From: Parcubacteria group bacterium Athens0714_12
GTDB taxonomy: Bacteria; Patescibacteriota; Patescibacteriia; UBA2591; VMGY01
Direction: 5' to 3'
NCBI GenBank assembly: GCA_007378955.1
Contig: VMGY01000003.1
Span: 26,264-90,263 of the forward strand
Length of the DNA stretch: 64,000 nt
Part shown: positions 29,884 to 39,800 of the stretch, piece after piece
How positions within the stretch are numbered: the first letter of the stretch is position 1
Layout of the letters: every line of letters starts with the position of its first letter
Translations under genes and position numbers: made by a program
The notes under the pieces: generated by a model
Databases searched by the model: none
What the model was told of the DNA's origin: nothing
What the model saw: the letters and a program-made list of their open reading frames with translations, nothing else

Positions 29884-31773
29884 TTATTTCTCCCGCTCCA
29901 TCTCTTCCTCAAACTCCTTTTTGGCGGCTTCTATTTCCAAAAGCTGGCGCGGGTCTGAAGTGATAAGCTGGTCTTCCGCGTAAGAAGCGACTACTTTAAT
30001 CGCCGCGTGTTTGGCGCCGGCGAAAAAAATTCCTTCTCCCACTCCGCTTTCCAAAAGCAAATATTTCTCTCCTTCGGTGAGCATAAAAGTTTTAGACACC
30101 AAATCTATCGCCGCCGGCGATTGCTTAAAAAGCAATTGCAAGGCGGAATTATTGACAATCGCGTGGCCATAATCTGAACTCAAAAAATCCTGAACATCTT
30201 GAGTAATCACCGTGATGCCTAAATAATACTTGCGGCATCTTTTAACCAAGGCGTAAATAAATTTGGCTGAATCTTCGTTTTGCATCAGCCACCAAGCTTC
30301 ATCAACAACCAGCATTCTTTTCTTCATTTCCGTTCTGACGATATTCCAAATATAATTGATTATAGTATAAATAGCGATCGGCCTCAATTCGTCCTCCAAA
30401 TCACGGACGGAAAAAACAACTAATTGATTTTTGGTTTCAATATTAGTCGGCTGATTCAATAAACCGGAAAAAGTTCCTTCGGTGTATTTTTTCAAACGCT
30501 CGGCTAAACTTTCCCCGCCTTCCATTCCCTGCAAAACTTCCAATAGGTCGCTCATAATCGGCGCTTCTATCTGTTGGGAAAGATTTGAGGAGGGGGTAAT
30601 GTCTTTTTTGGCGTAAGTTTCCAATAAAGCTCTATCCAATAACGAATCTTCTTCTGGAGTAAAATGCAAAACGCCTTTTTCGTCCGGCACGCCAATCATT
30701 AATTTTAATAATCCTTTTAAGGTGATAACAGCTGTTCTGATAATATCTTCTGTTTTAAAATCTTTGGAAAGCGGCTTGGGCAAATCAAAAGGATTGATTT
30801 TGCTTTCCGAGGCCAAAGAAATATTTATATAACTTCCGCCCACCGCGTCGCAAAGGTGCTTATATTCTCTTTCCGGGTCAATGATAATCATCTCAACGCC
30901 AAACATCATACTCCTTAAAACTTCTAATTTTACGAAATAACTTTTTCCCGCGCCCGACACGGCGAAGACAGTCATATTCGCGTTCTCCAAAGAAAAACGG
31001 TCAAATAAAATCAAACTATTATTATGGCGGTTAACGCCGTAAAGAATGCCGTTATCGCTGGTGACGTCAGCTGAAACAAATGGAAATGAAGAGGCGCAAG
31101 GCGAAGTGTTCATATTAAAAGCAATCATCAGCTCGTCATTAGCCAAGGGCAAAGTGGAATTAAATCCTTGCTCTGACTGATAAAAACTTCTTCGCGAATA
31201 TATTAATTTTGAGCCCAGCAAAGATTCCACTTTTTCAGAAAGCAAATCCAATTCTTTTTGAGAATCAGCGTAAATAGTGATATATAAACTGAATTGAAAA
31301 AATTGTTCAATGCCCTGGGTCAAATCATCTCTTAATTTTTCCATATCCCTTAAAGCGGTTTCTTTTATCGGGTCTCGGGGAGCGCCTTTCTCCACCCCCG
31401 CGGAAATTTCCGCCTCTAATATTCCCACTCTATTTCTTAATTGCTTTAAAATAATTTCTGATTTAACTTTATAAAAATACATCGCGATATCCAAAGGGGC
31501 GGTTAAATTAATGATTGGCGTAAACCAGCCCACATTAATATAGCGGGGATAATTAATGACAAAAAGAGTGCGGATGAATTTATTATTCAATTCCAAATTA
31601 TAAGGATTGATACGCATGGAAGCGGGAGCAATTAAATCACGGACAGAAAATATTCCGGCGCGATAAGCCTCTTCGGACCTTATTAATTCTTTTTCCTCTT
31701 CAATAGTAAGTTTAATTTTTTCTTTATTATCCTTTTCCTTTTCTTCTATTTTTATTTTATTCGCTTTGAACAT
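29884..31773 (-). CDS. VirB4/TrbE-family type IV secretion ATPase (ATPase domain)
   Basis: Walker A VSGAGKSYFVK, Walker B VVDEAWWLM, VirB4-like length and C-terminal organisation. Confidence 0.75.
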   Translation of the reverse strand: MFKANKIKIEEKEKDNKEKIKLTIEEEKELIRSEEAYRAGIFSVRDLIAPASMRINPYNLELNNKFIRTLFVINYPRYINVGWFTPIINLTAPLDIAMYFYKVKSEIILKQLRNRVGILEAEISAGVEKGAPRDPIKETALRDMEKLRDDLTQGIEQFFQFSLYITIYADSQKELDLLSEKVESLLGSKLIYSRRSFYQSEQGFNSTLPLANDELMIAFNMNTSPCASSFPFVSADVTSDNGILYGVNRHNNSLILFDRFSLENANMTVFAVSGAGKSYFVKLEVLRSMMFGVEMIIIDPEREYKHLCDAVGGSYINISLASESKINPFDLPKPLSKDFKTEDIIRTAVITLKGLLKLMIGVPDEKGVLHFTPEEDSLLDRALLETYAKKDITPSSNLSQQIEAPIMSDLLEVLQGMEGGESLAERLKKYTEGTFSGLLNQPTNIETKNQLVVFSVRDLEDELRPIAIYTIINYIWNIVRTEMKKRMLVVDEAWWLMQNEDSAKFIYALVKRCRKYYLGITVITQDVQDFLSSDYGHAIVNNSALQLLFKQSPAAIDLVSKTFMLTEGEKYLLLESGVGEGIFFAGAKHAAIKVVASYAEDQLITSDPRQLLEIEAAKKEFEEEMEREK

Positions 31774-31786
31774 AAAATAATTTAAT

Positions 31787-32464
31787 TTATTGGTCTATCC
31801 TTAATTTTTCTAAACTTTCTAATTTTTCCTGCTCGGCAATTTCCGGATTATAAGTTTTATAAAATAATTCTATCAAACTTTGCGTATCCAAGGGAACTGA
31901 TTTCAATCCCATACTCGCCAATCCGCTCATAATCGTATCCGCTCTTTTGAATAATTCCAATTTATATTTTTCAAATAAAGTCCTTTTTAATTTTATGATC
32001 ATCACCGCGGAAAGAGTTTCTTGCAATCTGATAAAAAAATTCTTTGCTCCACCGGAAAATGGCGAATAAGAGACAGCCACATAAAAATATTTGCTCATAA
32101 TCTCGCCCATCTCCACTAATTCCTGAATATAGCTGATATATTCCGCGGTCTGCATTTTCAACAAATCATTTTCCTGATTTTCTTCAACTTCTTTTAATTT
32201 CTCTATGTAAGAAGAAATATTCAGTTTCCTTGATTGAACAATGATTTGCACTGAAAATTCCAAACTATTTAAAAAATTAACATATCCTTGAATAATCGCT
32301 TTTTGCTCTTCTTCGCTTTTTAAAGCAAAGTTAATTGAAGAAACTAATAGGATTGTTCTTAAACTGCCGTCTTTTAAAACCACGCAATCGTCTTTTATTT
32401 CCGCGATATCCAAATATTTTTGCGTGGAAGGCAAACTCTTTTTTTTAATTATATTTTCTGGCAT
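31787..32464 (-). CDS. putative VirB4 N-terminal domain encoded as a separate ORF
   Basis: LDIAEIKDDCVVLKDGSLRTILLVSS..SEEEQ resembles the VirB4 N-terminal start; ends 13 nt before the ATPase ORF start. Confidence 0.45.
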   Translation of the reverse strand: MPENIIKKKSLPSTQKYLDIAEIKDDCVVLKDGSLRTILLVSSINFALKSEEEQKAIIQGYVNFLNSLEFSVQIIVQSRKLNISSYIEKLKEVEENQENDLLKMQTAEYISYIQELVEMGEIMSKYFYVAVSYSPFSGGAKNFFIRLQETLSAVMIIKLKRTLFEKYKLELFKRADTIMSGLASMGLKSVPLDTQSLIELFYKTYNPEIAEQEKLESLEKLRIDQ

Positions 32465-32486
32465 AAATATTTTATTAAATTTTTAA

Positions 32487-32912
32487 TTACTCTTCCCGGT
32501 ACGCTCCGCCGGTGTCAACAATCAATGATAATTCCGAAAGCTTGGAGCTAATTAATTTTTTTCTGATTAATTCCGCTGGAATATCTTCTTTTATTGATAA
32601 TTTTATTTCTTCCTTCTCTTTTTCTTTTATTGTTTCTTTCCCCCAGATTCGCAAGGCTGGCTTTCTAAAAACCGATTGGATAAAATTCAAAAGAAAATAA
32701 TGGAACATTTGCCCGCCCGGCTTAAACCAGCCGAATAAATAAACAAAAAAGATAACCATCAGGCCTTCGGTGACAAATAAAGAAAAATCAGCCAGCTTAT
32801 AACTAATAACCAAAATTATTCCGCCCGCTAACATAATAATAAATTGCCGGGCGGTAATGGGCCCGATAATTTTTGGCTCGATTTCAATAAATTGCGGGAC
32901 TAAAAACTGCAT
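32487..32912 (-). CDS. VirB3-like small membrane protein
   Basis: 141 aa, two TM helices, immediately upstream of the VirB4-like genes. Confidence 0.45.
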   Translation of the reverse strand: MQFLVPQFIEIEPKIIGPITARQFIIMLAGGIILVISYKLADFSLFVTEGLMVIFFVYLFGWFKPGGQMFHYFLLNFIQSVFRKPALRIWGKETIKEKEKEEIKLSIKEDIPAELIRKKLISSKLSELSLIVDTGGAYREE

Positions 32913-32915
32913 AAT

Positions 32916-34265
32916 TTAAAATCTTAAAGATTTGTTTAAATCCACTAGGGCGATGATTTCTTCCTCGGTTAAAGCAATTTTTCCCTGCTCAATCCTTTCT
33001 TTTATTACTTCTTTGGTTTCTTTGTTTTTTTCTATGCTTTCTCTGCCTATTTCTAAATATATTCTATAAACCTCGCTTTGCCGCCAATTCCTGATGCCCT
33101 GAATCTTCTTGGAAAATGATTCCTTTTCTAAAAGGTCAATCTTTTGCTTAATTTTCAAAGCGGCTCCTTGCGCCTCATCAGCCAATTCCCTAAAATCTTT
33201 CAATTTAAAATATCTTAATTCCTCCAAAGGCCCTATTACTTTCGGGGGCGGCGCTTTTATATCTTCCATCAATGTTTTATTTGTTTCTATTTTCGGCTTC
33301 CATTCTGTGTTAATAATTTTTTCCTGTTGTTTATCAATTTCTTTTTTCCCAATTTTTGGCTCGGTTATTATTTTAGGAATCTTTGGTTCTATCAAAACCG
33401 GCGCAACTGATTTGGCGGGTTCAGCAATTTCAACGGGCTTATTTTCCTTTAAGTCAGAAAAGGAAATTTTTTCCTCATTTTTAATTTCCGGTTTCAAGGC
33501 GGGCAAGTTAGAATTTTCTATCGCTTCAGCGGCTTCGTAAATTTTAACTTCTAAATCTTTCGTAATAGGAAATTTTATGGGTTTAACCGGCTTAGAAATC
33601 TCAAATTTGGGCAAGGGCGCGTCTTTTTTAAATTTCTCGCCGAATTTTTTAAATTCTTCTTTAAAAATCTTTGCTGTTCTTTCCGCTTCGCTCTCGCTTA
33701 ATTCCAAGCCGCCGATTTTTTTGGATTTCATTAAAATTTCTTTGGTCTCTATCTCGTCCCTGATGTCCCTTAAGTGAAGGGCAATAATGCTTTTTAGCCG
33801 CTTGCTCAAAATTTCGTCGGCAAAAGGCAAATTGACTTTTCCCGCGATTTCCTCCGCCAATTTTTCTACGCTTAAAGGCTTGATTTTTCCCGCCTTTTCT
33901 CTTATTTTTTCTAATTCCTCGTCCTCCAAAGCTCCAGCAGGAACGAAGGAGGATTTTTTTTCTTCCGAAGGAATATCGGAAAAAGAAAATTTTTCCAAAT
34001 CATCCATAATAGGATTGAAAACCTTTTTTAAAACCTCTTTGATATTTTCTATATCCTCTTTCTTTTCAAGATGATAATATTCTCTTAAAAAATTTTCCGA
34101 CTCTTTTATCTTTATAGTTTTAGTGGCGATAAAAATAACCATTCTTAATAAATCAATATTATATTTTTTTTCAGCTTTTTCCAAAAATTCTAAAACTTCC
34201 GGCTTTTCAATCCTCTCTTTTATTTTCTTTGGCGCTCTTTGAAATTTTTCTAAAATTTCTATCAT
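32916..34265 (-). CDS. soluble Lys/Glu-rich hypothetical protein (449 aa) in the T4SS-like cluster
   Basis: No TM; low complexity; no family recognised. Confidence 0.45.
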   Translation of the reverse strand: MIEILEKFQRAPKKIKERIEKPEVLEFLEKAEKKYNIDLLRMVIFIATKTIKIKESENFLREYYHLEKKEDIENIKEVLKKVFNPIMDDLEKFSFSDIPSEEKKSSFVPAGALEDEELEKIREKAGKIKPLSVEKLAEEIAGKVNLPFADEILSKRLKSIIALHLRDIRDEIETKEILMKSKKIGGLELSESEAERTAKIFKEEFKKFGEKFKKDAPLPKFEISKPVKPIKFPITKDLEVKIYEAAEAIENSNLPALKPEIKNEEKISFSDLKENKPVEIAEPAKSVAPVLIEPKIPKIITEPKIGKKEIDKQQEKIINTEWKPKIETNKTLMEDIKAPPPKVIGPLEELRYFKLKDFRELADEAQGAALKIKQKIDLLEKESFSKKIQGIRNWRQSEVYRIYLEIGRESIEKNKETKEVIKERIEQGKIALTEEEIIALVDLNKSLRF

Positions 34266-34273
34266 AATTTTAT

Positions 34274-36367
34274 TTAAGCGCTTGTCTTAAAATCATTAGC
34301 CCGCTTTTCCAATTCTTTTAAATATTTATTTAATTCTATTTCAACAACCGAACTAAGCGGCTTGCCATTGATATCTTTTTTGCTTCTTAATGAATTTTTT
34401 ATTTTCTCAATTTCTGAAGCTGCCGCTGATTCGTTAAGCTTGCTCGGGTCTAAAAATGAATAATTTTCTCCTTGTGTCTTGTTGGCAGTTTTGGCAGGCC
34501 GTGTCAAAGTTGCTATTTTTTTGTTAGCCTTATTTCTAAGATCAGTCTTATATTTAGCTTGATTGGCTACTTTTTCTAATTGCCCCATAATTTGTTCTTT
34601 TGTTTTTTCAGGCATTCTAAAAAACTGTTTTTCGTCAAGCCCGAGATAAAAACGGGCTTCTTCTTCGTATTTATCGGCATTATTCATGCCCGCGATTGCT
34701 TTGCCCATATCCGCCCCGGCTATTTTCCCGGCGGCTGTTTCCGCTTTTTCCAACGCCTCTTCTCTTTCGCTCTTCTCTCCCGGCGTTTCAGGGATTTCTT
34801 TTTTCGCGCGATATTTCTTATTTTCCCATTTCGGAGCAATAACACTGACTGCTTTATTATAATCGCTCGCTCCGCTAGTCAACTTAGCCAAAACACTATA
34901 TGCTGTTTGTTGATCTTTCCCTGCTAATCCTGTTCCTTCTTTTAGCAAATTCAATTCTTCCATTCCTAATTTTTTCTCTTTATTTAATTGTCTTCCAAAA
35001 GTTTCCGCTGTTACCCAATCTCTCTTTTTAACAGCCTGCTTAAAATTATCTTTAATTTCGTCTACATCTCTAAATAATCCCTCTTCTTCGCATTCCTTTG
35101 ACCTTCTATTTACTGATTTTTCATAAGCGCCAGACACGCCTTGGCGCATCATTGCCGCTTCTTCCTTTTCTTTTGTCATTGCCGTTCTGCCTTGCGCTGT
35201 TAAAAATCTTAATCCTTTTGTTTCGCTCAATTTTTCGCCAATGGCCTTGCCTGGGGCGCCCCAGCCCAAAGCTTTAGGCGCTTCCTGCGCTGTTTTTCTC
35301 AACCATTTCATTGGCGAATAACCGCTCTTGCCGCTGGCCCAGCCGACAATCGCGCCAGATGCTCTGCCGCCTAATTTGGTGGCAACGCCCAAAGATGTTA
35401 TCAGTATCGTAATGGCGAAAGCGTAATTCAAAATATTTTTTGATTCGCTAAGCTCGCTCAAAGTCGTAGTGATTACTCCTTCTTCATTGACTCCTTTAAC
35501 GCCAAAATCTCCGGCGATATCGCTCTGGAGAATTAGCAAAGAAAACCATAAAAAGAAAGCCAAAATAGGGCCGATAATAACCCAATTAGTGAACTGTTTC
35601 CACCACTGGGAAACATACCCGGAAAACGCCGGCACTAAATTTCCCATCCAAATAATCGGGGAAAGGACGACTAAAAGCCAAAGCATTACAACGCGAATTA
35701 ATAAAATTAGAAAAAACGCTAAAAGGACCACAAAACTGATAATAACAAAAATCAGATTCAAAATCATTGTGCCGGCTATGCTAAAATTGGCTAAACTCAA
35801 ACCATTGTCCTTGCTTATATTCCACATCGTGGAAAGGCCGGTCGCGTTAATCAAAACTCCAGCGGCGCTGTCTTTAAAAGCATTGACAAAAGTAATCATC
35901 ACTATTTGACCGGCGTCAATCAATAAGCCGCAAATCATTTTGCTGAAATTAATCATCACCGCGGCAATAACCAATTTGCCTAATAATCGCCTGTAATTCC
36001 AAGCTTCCTGTCCTAAAACCGTGCCAAAAGCCATCAATAAAAGAACAATAATAAAAAACATATTGCAAATATCCCTGACTATCAGCCAAGCGGTAGTGAC
36101 CGAAGGCACATTTATAAACTTATTAAATTGGGCGACTTGAAGTAAAAGATAAATAATACCCAAAGAAAGACTTCCCAAAGCCCAAGCCGGAATCCATAAA
36201 ATCCAACTGATCATTAAAAAAATCGCATTATAAAGCTCCGCGCCAACTTCTTTGATAACATTGTCTCCTGCCGCCAAAACCGGATTTTGCCAAAAAGAAA
36301 AAATTAAAATAGAAAATAGTACTATTAAAATTACATTGGCGATTAAATTTCTTTTGTTTCTTTTCAT
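34274..36367 (-). CDS. VirB6/TrbL-like polytopic membrane protein with long C-terminal soluble extension
   Basis: Signal-anchor plus at least 6 TM helices over the first about 330 aa, then a charged domain. Confidence 0.45.
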   Translation of the reverse strand: MKRNKRNLIANVILIVLFSILIFSFWQNPVLAAGDNVIKEVGAELYNAIFLMISWILWIPAWALGSLSLGIIYLLLQVAQFNKFINVPSVTTAWLIVRDICNMFFIIVLLLMAFGTVLGQEAWNYRRLLGKLVIAAVMINFSKMICGLLIDAGQIVMITFVNAFKDSAAGVLINATGLSTMWNISKDNGLSLANFSIAGTMILNLIFVIISFVVLLAFFLILLIRVVMLWLLVVLSPIIWMGNLVPAFSGYVSQWWKQFTNWVIIGPILAFFLWFSLLILQSDIAGDFGVKGVNEEGVITTTLSELSESKNILNYAFAITILITSLGVATKLGGRASGAIVGWASGKSGYSPMKWLRKTAQEAPKALGWGAPGKAIGEKLSETKGLRFLTAQGRTAMTKEKEEAAMMRQGVSGAYEKSVNRRSKECEEEGLFRDVDEIKDNFKQAVKKRDWVTAETFGRQLNKEKKLGMEELNLLKEGTGLAGKDQQTAYSVLAKLTSGASDYNKAVSVIAPKWENKKYRAKKEIPETPGEKSEREEALEKAETAAGKIAGADMGKAIAGMNNADKYEEEARFYLGLDEKQFFRMPEKTKEQIMGQLEKVANQAKYKTDLRNKANKKIATLTRPAKTANKTQGENYSFLDPSKLNESAAASEIEKIKNSLRSKKDINGKPLSSVVEIELNKYLKELEKRANDFKTSA

Positions 36368-36441
36368 ATGAAGTTATGAAATTCCAAATCTCAAATCACA
36401 AATTTCAAACAAATTCAAAATCCCAAATTCTAAATTCCAAA
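36368..36441. repeat. AT-rich inverted-repeat arm (aaattccaaatctcaaatcacaaatttcaaacaaattcaaaatcccaaatt), partner at 36805-36856
   Basis: Reverse complement of 36805-36850 agaatttgtgatttgtttggaatttggtgcttgaaatttggaattt. Confidence 0.55.
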
Positions 36442-36804
36442 CTACTTACTATTAGTCAAAATAGAATTAAAAATTTTAATAAATTCTGAGGCTTCTTGAA
36501 TTAAAAATTTACCTTCGTTGTTGCTACTTAAATTATTAGTATCAATAATTAATCTAAGCCAATAGCGACTTTCTTTTGATTCTTTCCTGGAAATTTTTAT
36601 TCTCATCATAAAGTCTTTTTTACTTAATGATTCATTCGCTTCAATATAGTTTGCCCCAACTGAACCACTGGCTCGAACTACTTGTCTAATTAACTCAATG
36701 TTTTCTACTGTTCTTACTAATTTTTTGCAAAATTCTATTACTCGTTTAGTAAAATTAAAAGTTCTTTCTTCTAAATCGTAATTTTGGTTTTGTATTTTGG
36801 TCAT
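36442..36804 (-). CDS. four-helix-bundle protein ('23S rRNA intervening-sequence protein' family)
   Basis: VRASGSVGANYIEANESLSKKDF..RISRKESKESRYWLRL matches the family signature (GANY.EA....S.KDF...S..E..E..YWL). Confidence 0.75.
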   Translation of the reverse strand: MTKIQNQNYDLEERTFNFTKRVIEFCKKLVRTVENIELIRQVVRASGSVGANYIEANESLSKKDFMMRIKISRKESKESRYWLRLIIDTNNLSSNNEGKFLIQEASEFIKIFNSILTNSK

Positions 36805-36856
36805 TAGAATTTGTGATTTGTTTGGAATTTGGTGCTTGAAATTTGGAATTTAATCT
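36805..36856. repeat. AT-rich inverted-repeat arm, partner of 36368-36441
   Basis: See 36368-36441. Confidence 0.55.
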
Positions 36857-39800
36857 TTACGGTATCACCACTATCCGCCCGTCAAACATTTGACCGCCGC
36901 AACCGGCTTGATAGCCGCCGTTATTGCACCAACCCCAATTATCTTGAATCTGAATTGCCGGCCTAAAAACGCAACAGCCGCCATTAGTAATCCCTAAAAC
37001 AGGGCAAACAGCCTGCCAGCCGGCTCCGCCAATCTCGCACCTATAACTATGATAATAATTGAAATAACCTTCTAAACAAGCTTCTGGGGTATGCCCAAAA
37101 TCCCGGCTGTCGCATTCTCCTATTGCCAAATGATTTTTATAAAATCCCGGGAAAGGCCCACTCGCGCTTCCGTCGCCCCAATTAATAATTATATTTCTAA
37201 TGGGCATTTGGTCTTTGTCTACCAAGCTGAAAAATTTAAGACTTGTCCTTATTCTGCCCCTCGCCAAAATATCCCCGCTGTTCTGATTATTGATCGTCAT
37301 TCTATAATTCGCGTCTTGATAGCATTTTCCGCTTGACGGGTCGCAATCCAAAACGCCAACGCTTCTTATTTTTAAAGCCGATATTTGAGGCGCTCTGGAA
37401 GCATTGCTGGCGGTAAAAGTCACATCCCAAACATCGCTATTATTTACAGGCACGTATCCATTGCCAATATTATATTGATAAATTTGGTAAGACCGGGCAA
37501 AAATATCATGTAAACTTGATTTATTATTTTGATAATCATTATCCCCGATATAAAACATTTCCTGCTGAGAGCATTTTGGAAAATTCTCGTGGTCAATAAA
37601 AATAGTTTCTCTGTCCACCGCCCGATTAGGCAAAGCGGCAAAAAGAGGAGAGCAAGTACTGCTATAATTATAGCCAAGAGAATTAGTAAAATTACTTGTC
37701 TGCCAAACCCTGTCAGTCCAAGCTTTATTTTCCGCCCCTTGGGTAACTCCCGCTATTTCAGCGCATCTTTCGCCAGTACTTAAAATATTGCAATCTCCTT
37801 GGCTTAAATTAGGAATTATGGTTAAAGTGGCGGAAATATAACAGCCATTGCCGCCAATAACTTCGCAATCCCATTCGCATCTGTCATGCAAGCCTCTCCG
37901 ATATGTGCGGGTATTTCTCTCCACAAAGCCAAAGGGACAGCCATCGCATTCCCCCGAATCTTCATGATAACTTGCTCTCCAATCATAATTAAGTTCTTCT
38001 TTCTCCAAGCAATAAAACGGACCCTCGCCCAAACCTAATCCTCCGGCATTAAACCCGGCTTCCACATATTGATTATATAAATCAGAAGCGCCGACAATCA
38101 AATCAATAGGCATCCAGGTCAAACAGGCGAATTGGTCGCTTTTGCCATTGATGGTTTTACTCTTGTCTCTTTCCAAGCAATAGCCCTCCCAGCCGATATA
38201 ATTAACTTTTTTCTTAACTGGCGCGCAATGGCCATCTCCATCTCGGCAATCTTGAACTGTCACTTCTTGCCCGCAGAATTTTCCGTCTTCTTCTCCCCCC
38301 TGGCAAATAGAATCAGGAATAGTTAAATTATTTCCGGCAAAATATTTTTCTTCGCCACTGCCGTAAGACACTTTTTGATAATGACAATCGCAAGCCTCTA
38401 CTTCGCCATCGCCCGCGTCTTGGCAATAATTCGCGTTGGCAAATTCCGTGATTACTCTGGTGTTATTAGAAAAAGGGCTTTCTTTTTGAGGATACCCGCG
38501 GCAGGAAGAAGATAGCGCGCCGCCATTAGGCAAATTTCCATCTATGCCCGCCACGCACCGCTGGCTGTAGCAAAGCCCGTTTCTCCCTCCGATGTTGCAA
38601 GCCGAACCATTGGCGCTTCCCGACGGGCAATCGCCCAAAATATAAACTAATTTATTTTCCGGATTATCCAAACTGCCAAAATTAATTGAACTTAATAAAT
38701 GAATTTGATATTTATCAAACAAGGAATATCCTGAAAAATCCAAAGCTTCCCATTGACCTGTGTTCAAAGAAGCATAAACATCTTGAGTCAGAGGCTGAAG
38801 CAAATTAGGGTCATTTACTTCATTACTGCAACTAAATCCCCGCCCAAAACCTAATGACTGGTCGCAAAGAATCAAACCGCCGTCTTCGCAAACTTCTTTA
38901 TACTTGCCGATGCGGGAATCAAAAACCATATGCGTATTTTCGCAAGTAAGCCATTGCCCGCATTCTCTGTCTCTGAGCACTTTTAAAAGATTATCTTCGC
39001 CTTCTCTCGCTTGGCCATTGAAATTAATTCCCATTTTTTCTAATTTAACGCAACTATCTTTCCAATCTTCCTTAGAACAAAAAGAGAGTTTGTTATTATC
39101 CATGTAATAATAAGTTTCTCCTGTTAAATTTTCCGTATTTTCCTGATATGGCCTGAATTGCGTGCAGCCGCTGTATTTTGAAGGGCATAAGCCGGCCCAG
39201 CCAATATCAGGGTATCTATCTTCATCAATGTCACAATTTAAATTATTTACTTTAGTGAACCAGCCGGAAGTAATGACTCCGTTCAGATTAATATTTTCTT
39301 TAAACTCGCAAACTCTTTCGCCCGGGTCTTTAAAATAAGCCGTTGCTCCATTTGCTTCATATGCTTCGCATTTATCCTCGCTATTTTGGCAAAGTATCGG
39401 ACTGATTATTTTTTCCGGAGTAGAAATATATTGGTCGGGATTATTTTTTAAATAAACTGTTTGCCAAATTTGCCCATTGCTTGAATCTAATTTTAAATTC
39501 CCATTTGCGTCCAAACTCGGAAGGCCGAATACCCTGCAACCTTTATCATCGCTATGGCAATAATTCTTGGAATTAACCACGACATAAACCAAAGCATCGC
39601 TTTGTACGGTGACATCATCTATATTATCTCCTCCCTGATTAAAGCTTTCTTCATAAGGAGAAGATGAATTTCGGGTGTCTATTAAAAGTTCACAGCCTGC
39701 TTTGTCTTCTTCGCAAAGGCGGGAAAATGATTTTAAATAATATCTATTTCCTTTTTTATCTTTATATTCCTCGCAATTAATTTGCGCTTTTGTGATTGGC

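Noticed and set aside
33109-33540. Antisense ORFs inside larger genes (for example 33109-33540, 34580-34927, 35469-35909, 16087-16347, 23512-23781, 25754-26053, 58765-59004)
   Set aside because: They are fully embedded on the opposite strand of well-supported genes. Low-complexity translations are typical of AT-rich antisense frames.
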